From NCBI GenBank assembly GCA_950097015.1, contig CATNEN010000020.1, forward strand, positions 1 to 64,000: DNA of 64,000 bases. Direction: 5' to 3'. A model generated the notes under the pieces. The model ran no database searches, had not been told where the DNA came from, and saw only the letters and a program-made list of their open reading frames with translations. Both the position numbers and the translations under genes were made by a program. This document shows positions 23,192-34,984 of the stretch, one piece after another. The DNA is from Macrostomum hystrix (Eukaryota; Animalia; Platyhelminthes). Positions within the stretch are counted from its first letter, which is position 1. The number at the start of each line of letters is the position of its first letter.

Positions 23192-25335
23192 GATGAGGGG
23201 AGAAACAGACAGAGGTGAGGGGAGAAGCAGACAGAGATGAGGGGAGAAACAGACAGAGATGAGGGGAGAAACAGACAGAGATGAGGGAAGAAACAGACAG
23301 AGGAGAGAGAGAAACAGACAGAGGTGAGGGGAGAAACAGACAGAGGTGAGGGAGAAACAGACAGATGTGAGGGAGAAACAGACAGAGGTGAGGGAGAAAC
23401 AGACAGATATGAGTGGAGAAACAGACAGAGATGAGGGGAGAAACAGACAGAGTTGAGGGGGAGAAACAGACAGAGGTGAGGGGAGAAACAGACGGAGATA
23501 AGGGCAGAAACAGACAGAGATGAGGGGAGAAACAGACAGGTGAGGGGAGATACAGACAGAGGTGAGGGGAGAAACAGACAGAGATAAGGGCAGAAACAGA
23601 CAGAGATGAGGGGAGAAACAGACAGAAATGAGGGGAGAAACAGACAGAGATAAGGGGAGAAACAGACAGAGGTGAGGGGGAGAAACAGACAGAGGTGAGG
23701 GGAGATACAGACAGAGGTGTGGGAGAAGCAGACAGAGGTGAGGGAGAAACAGACAGAGGTGAGGGGAGAAACAGACAGAGGTGAGGGGAGAAACAGACAG
23801 AGGTGAGGGGAGAAACAGACAGAGATGAGGGGAGAAACAGACAGAGGTGAGGGGAGAAACAGACAGAGGTGAGGGGAGAAACAGACAGAGATGAGGGGAG
23901 AAACAGACAGAGATGAGGGGAGAAACAGACAGAGGTGAGGGGAGAAACAGACAGAGATGAGGGGAGAAACAGACAGAGATGAGGGGAGAAACAGACAGAT
24001 GTGAGGGGAGAAACAGACAGAGGTGAGGGGAGAAACAGACAGAGGTGAGGGGAGAAACAGACAGAGGTGAGGGGAGAAACAGACAGAGGTGAGGGGAGAA
24101 ACAGACAGAGATGAGGGGAGAAACAGACAGAGATGAGGGGAGAAACAGACAGAAATGAGGGGAGAAACAGACAGAAATGAGGGGAGAAACAGACAGAGGT
24201 GAGGGGAGAAACAGACAGAGGTGAGGGGAGAAACAGACAGAGATGAGGGGAGAAACAGACAGAGGTGAGGGGAGAAACAGACAGAAATGAGGGGAGAAAC
24301 AGACAGAGGTGAGGGGGAGAAACAGACAGAGGTGAGGGGAGAAACAGACAGAGGTGAGGGGGGAGAAGCAGACAGAGATGAGGGGGAGAAACAGACAGAG
24401 GTGAGGGGAGAAGCAGACAGAGATGAGGGGGAGAAACAGACAGAGGTGAGGGGGAGAAACAGACAGAGGTGAGGGGAGAAACAGACAGAGGTGAGGGGGA
24501 GAAACAGACAGGAATGAGGGGGAGAAACAGACAGAGTTGAGGGGGAGAAACAGACAGAGGTGAGGGGGAGAAGCAGACAGAGATGAGGGGGAGAAACAGA
24601 CAGAGATGAGGGGGAGAAGCAGACAGAGATGAGGGGGAGAAACAGACAGAGGTGAGGGGAGAAGCAGACAGAGATGAGGGGGAGAAACAGACAGAGGTGA
24701 GGGGGAGAAACAGACAGAGGTGAGGGGGAGAAACAGACAGAGTTGAGGGGGAGAAACAGACAGAGGTGAGGGGGAGAAGCAGACAGAGATGAGGGGGAGA
24801 AACAGACAGAGATGAGGGGGAGAAGCAGACAGAGATGAGGGGGAGAAACAGACAGAGATGAGGGGGAGAAACAGACAGAGGTGAGGGGGGAGAAACAGAC
24901 AGAGGTGAGGGGGAGAAACAGACAGAGGTGAGGGGGGAGAAACAGACAGAGGTGAGGGGAGAGACAGACAGAGGTGAGGGAGAAGCAGACAGAGGTGAGG
25001 GCAGAAACAGACAAAGATGGGGGGAGATACAGACAGAGGTGAGGGAGAAACAGACAGAGGTGAGGGAGAAACAGACAGAGGTGAGGGAGAAGCAGACAGA
25101 GGTGAGGGGAGAAACAGACAGAGGTGAGGGGGGAGAAACAGACAGAGGTGAGGGGAGAAGCAGACAGAGGTGGGGGGGGAGAAACAGACAGAGGTGAGGG
25201 GAGAAGCAGACAGAGGTGAGGGAGAAGCAGACAGAGGTGAGGGGAGAAACAGACAAAGATGGGGGGAGATACAGACAGAGGTGAGGGAGAAACAGACAGA
25301 GGTGAGGGAGAAACAGACAGAGGTGAGGGGAGAAA
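23192..25335. repeat. About 22-bp purine-rich minisatellite, array 2
   Basis: Same unit as array 1; shares a variant pattern with it at offset 2180-2182. Confidence 0.95.
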
Positions 25336-25977
25336 AGTTTCAAAGCATGCAGAGGAGAATCTGAGAAAAGACTCAATTGTGTTGTTGCCAGGCCAATAGA
25401 AATTTCTGTGCTCACTAAAAGTTTTCTTTTGCTCTCGCAGCCTCAGAAAATTTCAGTTTCACAGCACAATTATTCAGAGGCTATAACCAGCCGCCAGCCA
25501 CCCCATTAACAGCCAAAGGCATTGTGCTGAGAACTTCCGCAGCCGTCACAGCTTCTCAAGCTTTGGCCATAGCAACGAAAAAATTTGATCACTTTGAGTA
25601 CAGTTGGAGAGTGCCTGCCTGCCCCCAGTCCGCTGCGCTTTTAATTAGGGTTTGGTGACCCCCAGTCCATGGACTGAACAGCTGACAGCAGACTTTGGAA
25701 GTCGCTGGCTGCACATCTAGCCCATCTAGACTGGGTGTCTTCTCCATCTGCTCAAATCAGGATGCCAAAAAACTGTCTAAACCTCGCGGCAGTTGATGAA
25801 AGGTTAGTGAACTGAGTCAGCTTCACTTCACGGTGTCTCAAATTTGATCCCAAATCCCGTTTCTGAACGGCAAACAAAAGCCGGCTAATCCCGAAACTCC
25901 GATAGCTGAACAGCTAACAGATTCCGAATCAGAACTCGATCTTACAGATGGGCGAGAAACCGAGTCCTGAACCAACA

Positions 25978-26196
25978 GTCCTGAACCCACAGTCCTGAAC
26001 CCACAGTCCTGAAACCACAGTCCTGAACCCACAGTCCTGAACCCACAGTCCTGAACCCACAGTCCTGAACCCACAGTCCTGAACCCACAGTCCTGAACCC
26101 ACTGTCCTGAACCCACAGTCCTGAACCCACAGTCCTGAACCCACAGTCCTGAACCCACAGTCCTGAAACCACAGTCCTGAACCCACAGTCCTGAAC
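25978..26196. repeat. 14-bp minisatellite (GAACCCACAGTCCT)
   Basis: About 15 copies. Confidence 0.95.
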
Positions 26197-27491
26197 CCTT
26201 CAGTTCAGTAAACTTTGCTTCTAACAAGAAAGCATTGATTTCACATTTTGTATGCAAAAAATCTTTAGCGAGCGAGCGCCAGCTACCAGAGTCTTCTGTG
26301 CTCAAGAGACAATTGAGCACACTGTGAGCAGTCGAGGCTTCCCACCCAAGCCTCCCCTGATGGTTGGACCCCTCGACAGGCCGAGCAATGCTTTCTGCAT
26401 CTCCCGCACGGAGACGCTGTGTTGCTACCCGATGAGAAGCTTAGCACAGTTGAGCAGTTGAGCACAATGCTAATAAGTGAGGCTGTATGCAGCAATGAAC
26501 TGAACTCATTGAATTGAAGGCATTGGCCAGATTTTGCTCAGCATCGAGTTGAGCACAGCAATTCCTGAGCACAATAAATCAGAGGCTGTGGCAGGGCTGG
26601 CAGCCACCCCACACAGAGCCAGAGGCATTGTGCTGAGAACATTTGGAGCACAATGAGCAGGCTCAGTTTCTCAAACTGCGATACACACTGGCAGAGATGG
26701 GCCAAGAAGACGTTAGTTGAGTTTCAGAACAGTTTGAGACTACCTGCCTGCCTTAGTCCGCTCTGCTTCTGATAATTTTCACTGCTTGGCCATTGTTAGT
26801 GGATTGTTTGGGTAAACTTGTGAGTTGGTCCCTGATCCTAAATTAAAGATCCCAAATATCATCAAGATGAACCTCTTGCTTGGGTGGGAATTCTACTGGG
26901 TGTGGTGGCCCCCAGTCCACGGACTGAACAGCTGTACACAGCCTTTGGAAGCGCAGAGTAATAGCTGCGGCTGTGCCACTGGCTGCACATCTGGCCCAAC
27001 TGGGCTGAGTGTCTGTTCCATGCCACTGGCTGCACATCTGGCCCAACTGGGCTGAGTTGATCCATCCGTTCAAATCAGGATGCCAATCGAGTAACTGAAC
27101 CTTTGGATAATGTTTCTGTTGACTTAGTTATGGTACCTGAGTTATGGTACCTGAGTTATGGTACCTGAACAGACCGGGGTGAGTGGCAGAGCGGTTTAGC
27201 GCGTCTCGCATCAAGGTCCCAGAACTCGACTCCACGGCGAGGCCACATTCATTTGGGGCGCAGCGGCAGAGAGAAGGCTTGAGGCTTTGTGCACTTTCAG
27301 CACTTGAGGGCCAACTTCTAAGGCACAGTGAGAGTGATCACTGCCTGACGATGAGAAAGTCAGGGCATGTGTAGACACACTTGGCTGAGTGTGTACCTGC
27401 GTACAGTATCTGTGTGTGTGTGTGCTCAGGAGTCATGGGAGGCAGAATTGTCAGATTCGGGTCTTCCTTCGCCAAAGGAGTTATGGTACCT

Positions 27492-27945
27492 TTACGAGCC
27501 CGCAGCCCTCCTGCGAATACAATTATTATTATTGTGGTACCTGAACTGTCTGATTGCCTCACCTGTAGACGGAGGTGAAGTGCCGGTCTCCGTAGCCGTC
27601 CGGACACAGCCGACCGTCGGACAGTCCGGGCAAGCGTCGCACGAAGGCCCAGCCGAACTCGCTGCAGTTCTCGGCGTTGGCCCGATGGACGCAGCGGTCG
27701 AACTCGAACGTGCGGCAGTGGCCGGAGCCGGGGGTCAGGCGGAAGGCTCGGCAGCGGGCCGAGGAGCTGCAGGCTCTGGCGCAGTCCATCAAGCTGCCTG
27801 GCGCCACGTCTGCCTGGTCATGGACGAACTGAACCTTCAGGCACAGACGGATGAAGGACCGGCTGAATAGATCCATGGAACCATCAGCGCTGAGTGAGCT
27901 TGTCCTTATGAGGAGTAACAGTTGCAACAGCAGTGATGGGGACAT
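27492..27945 (-). CDS. Small secreted PAN/apple-like domain protein (about 133 aa, 2 exons)
   Basis: MSPSLLLQLLLLIRTSSLSA signal-peptide-like start at 27945; DCARACSSSARCRAFRLTPGSGHC has PAN-type Cys spacing. Exon 1 27945-27563, 52-nt GTGAGG...GCAG intron, exon 2 27510-27492 ending TAA. The early stop may itself be derived. Confidence 0.6.
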
Positions 27946-28448
27946 GATTCGTTTTCTAGTTGTTTGAATCTGATTCTTCTGCCTGCAGTCCAGTTCTGGC
28001 ATGTGTTGTTCGCTCCGCTGATTTTTGACAAGCATTTTAAGTTTTCGTGTTATAAAATGCATATTTTTGACAAATCTGATGATTCAACAACTCTGAGAGA
28101 TGACTAAAATTGGTTTTTTCAACAGCCCAGGCAAGTGAAGAGCATCCATTTTAGTGATATTCTCCTAAGTTCAAGCACCAACCTATACCTATTTGATATG
28201 AATGAAAACACATTGTACAGAAAACTGCTGTTCCACCACTTTATGCTGCCCAATCGCTTACCATATACGCTATTCGAAAGCTGTGGCATAGCAGGCATTG
28301 CATCTTACTCGGACAAGTGATTGACAGCTGCATGGTTGGCCAAATATTTGCAGGCCAAGAATTTCATTCGTGCAGCTAAAAATCCCATTGAAATTTTGCA
28401 GATGGGGTTTTTTGAAGTCTTAGCTTTGCTCTGCACTGCAACCGTGCC

Positions 28449-29150
28449 ATGAATTGACAGATAGCTCTGCTACTGCTGCTAGTGACAATGGGCATCAAGG
28501 TACAGTCATTCAGCTTGAAGCCGGAGTTCGTCCTGTCGCCTGATGGCGTGCCACCTCGTAGCAAGATGGCCTGCAGCTCCTCGGCCCGCTGCCGAGCCTT
28601 CCGCCTGACCCCCGGCTCCGGCCACTGCCGCACGTTCGAGTTCGACCGCTGCGTCCATCGGGCCAACGTCCAGAACTGCAGCCAGTTCGGCTGATGGGCC
28701 TTCGTCCGACGCCTGCCCGGACTGTCCGACGGTCGGCTGTGTCCGGTCTACAGGTGAGGCAATCAGACAGTTCAGGTACCACAATAATAATAATTGAATT
28801 CGCAGGAGGGCTGCGGGCTCTGGCACATCATTTGGCGAAGGAAATCCCGCAGCTTGCGAGGAGCCAGTTCTTCCAATTCCGCTGACTCCTGAGCACAGAC
28901 TCACCACGGACCACCAGTTAGATCTACTTTACTTTAGCTCTACTATATTAGTCCTTGACACGCACACACTCACACAGGTGTGTACATATCTCATCGTCAT
29001 GCAGTGTGCACTCTCACTGTGACTTGAAAGATGGCCCTCAAAGGGCGTAAATTGAACGACATGCCCCAAGCCTTCTCTCCGCTGCTGCGCCCCAAATGCA
29101 GCCTAGCCGTGGAATCGAGCTCAGGGACCTTGGTGCGAGAGGCAAACGCA
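28449..29150 (+). pseudogene. Pseudogene paralogue of the PAN-domain gene, in inverted orientation
   Basis: ATG AAT TGA (stop at codon 3) precedes the signal-like QIALLLLLVTMG. Relative to the minus-strand copy it has a 12-nt deletion removing the first PAN Cys, a TGA insertion after FG and a 30-nt deletion. The intron is nearly identical. Confidence 0.8.
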
Positions 29151-29173
29151 ACTCATGTACTATATAACCATAT

Positions 29174-29555
29174 CTCAGGTACCATAACTCAGGTACCATA
29201 ACTCAGGTACCATAACTCAGGTACCATAACTCAGGTACCATAACTCAGGTACCATAACTCAGGTACCATAACTCAGGTACCATAACTCAGGTACCATAAC
29301 TCAGGTACCATAACTCAGGTACCATAACTCAGGTACCATAACTCAGGTACCATAACTCAGGTACCATAACTCAGGTACCATAGCTCAGGTACCATAACTC
29401 AGGTACCATAACTCAGGTACCATAACTCAGGTACCATAACTCAGGTACCGTAACTCAGGTACCATAACTCAGGTACCATAACTCAGGTACCATAACTCAG
29501 GTACCATAACTCAGGTACCATAACTCAGGTACCATAACTCAGGTACCATAACTCA
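29174..29555. repeat. 14-bp minisatellite (CTCAGGTACCATAA); 3 inverted copies at 27125-27168
   Basis: About 27 copies; the reverse-complement units sit at the outer end of the minus-strand PAN copy. Confidence 0.95.
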
Positions 29556-31616
29556 TAACTTAATAAGGCTTTCAGTCTACTGAATGTAAAATTCAATCCT
29601 TCTAAAGCATTTTTGAATGATTTTGTGGTAGATAAATCATGAAAGTACTATAATATTTTGCTGGATGCTTCCGGGGCTTCAAGAGCCAGCTCTTGTAGTT
29701 AATTAATTGACATTGTCGTTCCCAATTTGATTTTGTTGAGTATTTTCGAATCATTATTGAAAGCCTTTGCTGTTAAAAACTATAAATTTCAGGCATGCAT
29801 TAATGTTTTATGGTACCTGATGTTTTTGGTTCTGGTGTTGAGACTGCTGCTCTTGTTATAGTTTGTGGTGGAGTTTTGCCTTTTTAATTCTCCATATTTA
29901 AGAAGTTGCTGGCTTGGTGTACCCTAATTTCTAAGACAAAAATAACTTGTTTTTGATGCTCCGTTCTTGAGCGCTACAGATGAGCGACTTCAATTCCCAC
30001 TCGTATTTTTAGCAAATAGAAACCTTTAGCAACGAACCTCTTTCTCTCGCGTCCGCCCTATGTTTGTCTGACGTCAGTTTCTATTTTTAGATAGTCACGT
30101 GATCGTATATTCACTTTATTTTCCCAGCCAGTGCGCCATTCAAGCAGTGCCTGCTCTTGGTTTTTGGTTTCTGGGTTTTCTCAGCCTTTGATTATAAAAA
30201 ACTATAATGATATTAGCGTAATATCTCCGACCAAGATTCTGTGATGCACTTAACGATTCGCATTATATTGGCATTCCCAGCACTTCCATCCAGGATTTTA
30301 CTGACGAATTAGATCCTAAGTTAATAATACTTTATTCATAAAATAAAAAAACTGCACTGAAAAAATTGAAACTACTTTTTTAAGTAGTGTAATTTGAATG
30401 TAAAATTAGCGAAACCGTACGAAAACTAGACCCAGTTTTTGCTTCCTATTCTGCTAGCTTTAAGCAAATAGTTAAGCTTGCTTTTTCTAAGAAAAACGCC
30501 TTTCTAAGAAAAAGTGCAGCTGTGTGCTGGTCATGCTAAGGCTTAGTTCGAAGCAGGCGTTCTGCTATGAGCAAAGATAAAGCTGTAGCTGAGCAGGCCG
30601 GTAGGTGTTTGTTGATTGAGACGAGAGAAACTGCAGGAGTGACATGGCAATGTGCCTGCCGCGTATTTGCTAACAAAAAGCTGACAAAACTCTTGCCATT
30701 TCTTCATTCCTGAGCAGGGCTGTAAATGTGCTGTACAGTTTTAGCAGCAGTGCACATGCGGCCCTGCCACGGCCCCCCAGGCTAACCCAGATGTCCGCGT
30801 ACAAGGAAAAACAATCAATGACTTTAGACTGGCTTTGGTGGATTAAAAAGCAGCTTTTTGGAGGCGGGTGTGAAGTACAAGCCTGAGGCCGCTGGTTCAC
30901 ACTGCAGCAACTGAATGCCAGACTGCGGCCGGTTCGCTAACAGCTCCAGCTGCGCTGATCAGCTGATTGCACTGCTGGACACAGCGGCTGAGGATGAGCT
31001 GGCGTGCCCGGAGTCGGCCTTCCTATCGGCTCTTTGCAGCCGAGAGCAGCGGAGGCAGCAGCAGCATCTTCAGGCAGCGAAGAGAGCTCGCAAGGATCGA
31101 ATCCAGCCCGGCCCGACGGCGGAACGATTCGGATTTCACCCACCGCTGGGAGACGAGCGTAGCAGCGAGGTCGAGAGGTTCGGAGTTCGATTATTGAATT
31201 ACTGATCCTGTCCTTGAGCGATACGCCCAATTCCCTAGTGCTTCAATTCACCCAGCTATGTTGCTGAGGTAGACAATTGAGTGGGCGTGGTGGCCCGGCC
31301 CCTTCAAGTCCTTGCTTGAATTGTACTCACATTCGTCCCCACACAATCCTAGCAGAAGCAGCAACAGCAGCAGCAGTTATCTGGTCTGGTACACAGCGCA
31401 ATGCAGCTATGCTCAACGTGCTAGCAAAGCTGCAGCCCCATCTGGCACCGCAAGTCCAGGCCAAGTTAACGCAGCCAGTGCCGGCCTGCTGGACAGACTG
31501 GCTGCGCTAAACGCCATCGGAGATCGAGCGCAGATGCGGTGAGTTTCCGGACGACATGTAGCTAGCCGTCTGACTGGTGCTTTTTCACCTGCCCGTCTTT
31601 GACAGGTACTCCTATT

Positions 31617-31950
31617 AATGTATATGGCAATAGTGGCAGGAGGGCTGCGGGCAATGGTACATCGTTTGGTGACACTAGACCACGCATTTCTGCCCATTTT
31701 CACTGACTCCTGAGCACACATGCACAAAAGGTTGTGTACATCTGCCCTGACTTTCTCATCGTCAGGCAGAGTACACTGCCCCTATGCCTTGAAGGTTGGA
31801 CCTCAAGGGCGTAAATTGCACGACAAGCCCCCAAGCCTTCTCTCTGCGGCTGCCACAACTGAATGTGGTCAATCCGTGGCAATCGAGGTCAGTGACCTTG
31901 TTCCGAGAGGCAAACGCGTTAGACCGCTCTGCCACTAGCCCCACGCAGTG
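31617..31950 (+). pseudogene. Third, more diverged copy of the PAN-gene 3' region
   Basis: Shares GCAGGAGGGCTGCGGGC, TGACTCCTGAGCAC, CCCTGACTTTCTCATCGTCAGGCAG and CCAAGCCTTCTCTC with the other copies; no long open frame; upstream sequence is unrelated to PAN. Confidence 0.55.
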
Positions 31951-32070
31951 GCCCTATGATCCACGAGTAGTCGACAGAAAACCGATGACAACTACTTAGT
32001 TAGTAGTAGGCGGTGAAAACTTATTTTTTATTTCCATTATTCTAGCGCGGTTCTTGCTACGGACCAGCTT

Positions 32071-32103
<33 letters not shown>

Positions 32104-32280
32104 AGCATCGGCTTGAGAAACAGCAGCAGCAGCGTTGTACCAGAACCGCTAGCAACCTATGAACGGTGATATTTTAACACGGTTTTTTCACGATTCTTTT
32201 TCTAGGCAGAAACTGCACTTTTCAAAAATAGACATTTAAACAGCCGATCGCTTTTAGTCAAGCTTAGCTGTCTATAGCAG

Positions 32281-32570
32281 TGCTGTTCGGTGCTTCCCAA
32301 CTGCAGCTTCAACGAGCTGACCTACGGCTTCGCGCCGAAATCGCGTCGAGCTGCGCCGCAACCGACGATTCAGACGGACACTTCGTCGTCATCAGCGACG
32401 ACAACAATGAGCAGTGCGGGCATTGTGCGGCAGTCTATTCCAATCATTGGGACTGGACTAAGGGCTGTGGACAGAAGGCAGCAGCAGCAGCAGCAGCAGC
32501 AACCACAGAAGCTAGAGCTGGACAGGCGTCAGAAAAGTGCCCAATCGCGTGTGGCGTCTGCTCGCAGTAA
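32281..32570 (+). CDS. Probable terminal exon encoding an ShK (ShKT)-like Cys-rich domain
   Basis: Acceptor-like TCTATAGCAG at 32271-32280; open frame ends ...KCPIACGVCSQ*, the CPxxCxxC ending typical of ShK domains. Upstream exons not resolved. Confidence 0.45.
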
Positions 32571-32999
32571 TGCCGATATTTTTGCAGAGGAAAGACATCA
32601 CAGACCTTCGTCAGTCCAGGTGGCGGAGGCGACAGCGCTGCCAGGTGTTGGCGCAGAGTCTGGGATTCGGTGGGGCGCCAGCAGTGCTCCAATGCAGCAG
32701 AACCTGCCTCCGCTTGCTTAGCTGTGGGCGGACTTATGCACTTAAAGACTAGCTCCATTGTCAGCAGTCTGGTAGTGTCTATCACACATGTTTTGCAATG
32801 AATCTTATCATATTTTGTACGCGACAAGCCTTTTCGCTTATCAAGCATCAATATATCAGCTACGAGAGTCCCGAAAGGTTACTCAATGTAGTGCATGCAA
32901 ATTAAAAATAATAATAAATTGCTTGCTTGTTTAAAATCTCCTTGATGGTAGGGTTCCAAGGCGCAGTATGGACAATATGCAGGATTTTACACATTGTCT

Positions 33000-33497
33000 C
33001 ACCACCACTCTCTCCCACTGTATCCCACTCCCTTTCACTCCCTCCCACTCTCCCCGACTCTCCCCCACTCTCTAGCCTCTCTCTCCCACTCTCTCCGACT
33101 CTCCCCCACTCTCTACCCTCTCTCTCCCACTCTCTCCCACTCTCTCTGACTCTCCCCCACTCACTACCCTCTCTCTCTCCCACTCTCTCCCACTCTCTCC
33201 CACTCTCTCCGACTCTCCCTCACTCTCTACCCTCTCTCTCTCCCACTCTCTCCCACTCTCTCCCACTCTCTCCCACTCTCTCTGACTCTCCCCCACTCAC
33301 TACCCTCTCTCTCTCCCACTCCCTCCGACTCTCTCTCACTCTTTCCCACTCTCTCCCACTCTCTCCCCCTCCCTCCCACTCACTCCCACTCTTTCCCACT
33401 CTCTCCCACTCTCCCCCACTCTCTACCCTCTCTCTCCCACTCTCTCCCACTCTTTCGCACTCTCTCCCCCACTCTCCCACTCTCCTCCACTCTCTCC
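33000..33497. repeat. Degenerate CT-rich microsatellite (CCCACTCTCT-like)
   Basis: Direct reading. Confidence 0.9.
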
Positions 33498-34083
33498 GAC
33501 TATTTCAATATTATTTGTTCGTAATTTCTTATTATAAGTCATTTTAATAAGCATGTTTGGCATGTTTGGCAATCAACCGGATTTTATGTTTCCAACAAGT
33601 CTGTGAGTCACCTGACCTGCTCTAGCTAAGAATCCCAAACGTGAATTATTAATGTTAATCCTTCTGTTCCGAGCGCTGGGTCCTGGAGGGCCGTCCGTTG
33701 CTCGGAAAGTTTTTTATCTGATGGAGACAATTGTGTCCTTCTCATGCGCGATTAATTTAATCCGCACCACAAACTTAGAGGAGTCTCGTTGTGAAGTCAA
33801 TTGACAAAGAAAAAGGTAAGCTATATAATAGGCTCGCTATCTTGCCGATTAATCTCTCAAAACTTGAAATTTATCCCCTTAATGCTGTTCTCCATGGAGT
33901 CTTTCGAAAGAACTGCTCATTTCTTTTTCATTCACGTTTTTTAAAAAGCGTTCCATGATAAGGATAATTGAGGGCAGTAAAATACACAATGACGGCATTT
34001 GGGTTTTAGATCCAAACATTGAATAGATAGCAATGAAGTGAAGTGACTGAATACGAGCTATATAACTGAGAATGGAGAGTCTA

Positions 34084-34200
34084 AAGTGACTGTGAATAGA
34101 TGGGATTTGAGGGTCCTGGAGTGACTGTGAATAGATGGGAGTTGAGGGTCCTGAAGTGACCGTGAATAGATGGGATTTGAGGGTCCTGAAGTGACCGCGA
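34084..34200. repeat. 35-bp tandem repeat x about 3.5
   Basis: GTGAC at 34086, 34121, 34156 and 34191. Confidence 0.85.
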
Positions 34201-34984
34201 ATCGATGGAATTCTCGGAAACCTCAAGTGATTGAGAATATATTTTTTAGTAATTGTACTCGTTGATAGAATTTGTGGTAATAAAACGAATTTCTTACAGT
34301 TTTTAGACTTGTAAATAAAACGAAATTAATTTTTCTTAATGAAGATTTTGCTGATTTCATTAATATGGGAAAACTATTAAATCACAATCCATCTCAGTTT
34401 GCGTGTGAGTTCTGACTTCCGCAAAGGCATGTTCAACTTAATTATACACTTTATCGCTCCTATCCGATGCGAATTCTCCTAGACGGTCCCTGGCCCCATC
34501 AGTCCTGTCACTGCGATTGTCTGAGGAACAATAAATTGAGACTCCTGTTTGGGTAATTGTGAAGCAGGCGGCATGAATTTCCGTGAACTCAAAAACCCTA
34601 CAATTATCATCCACCCCGTGACTCAAAAAGAAATTTTGTCAATGGATCAAAGTGGCCTGACGCGCTTAATAGGGTATGTTTGGCTGTCTGTTCAAATAAG
34701 TCTTGATCTTCAACAATGCCAGTCCTAGAAAGCCCCACCCACCCAGCCACCAGATTGCAATCGCTGAGATTCAGAACTGATGGATGGCGCTGAGTCTCTT
34801 GGCTTGATGGACCATAAAATGCACTGAAGAGAGACTTGAAAAAACAGAACTTTGAATTTATTTGGGAATCCAGAGACAAACACAAATAAAGAAATAACTG
34901 AGGAAGATTTTATTCTACTTTTGACTACACAACTTTGTCTGAGCGAATCTGTTTATTGAAAAACTGCCGATTGATTGATCTATT

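Noticed and set aside
21157-25415. Long SPHLCLFLP-repeat ORFs
   Set aside because: Purine/pyrimidine-skewed minisatellite, open in several frames at once.
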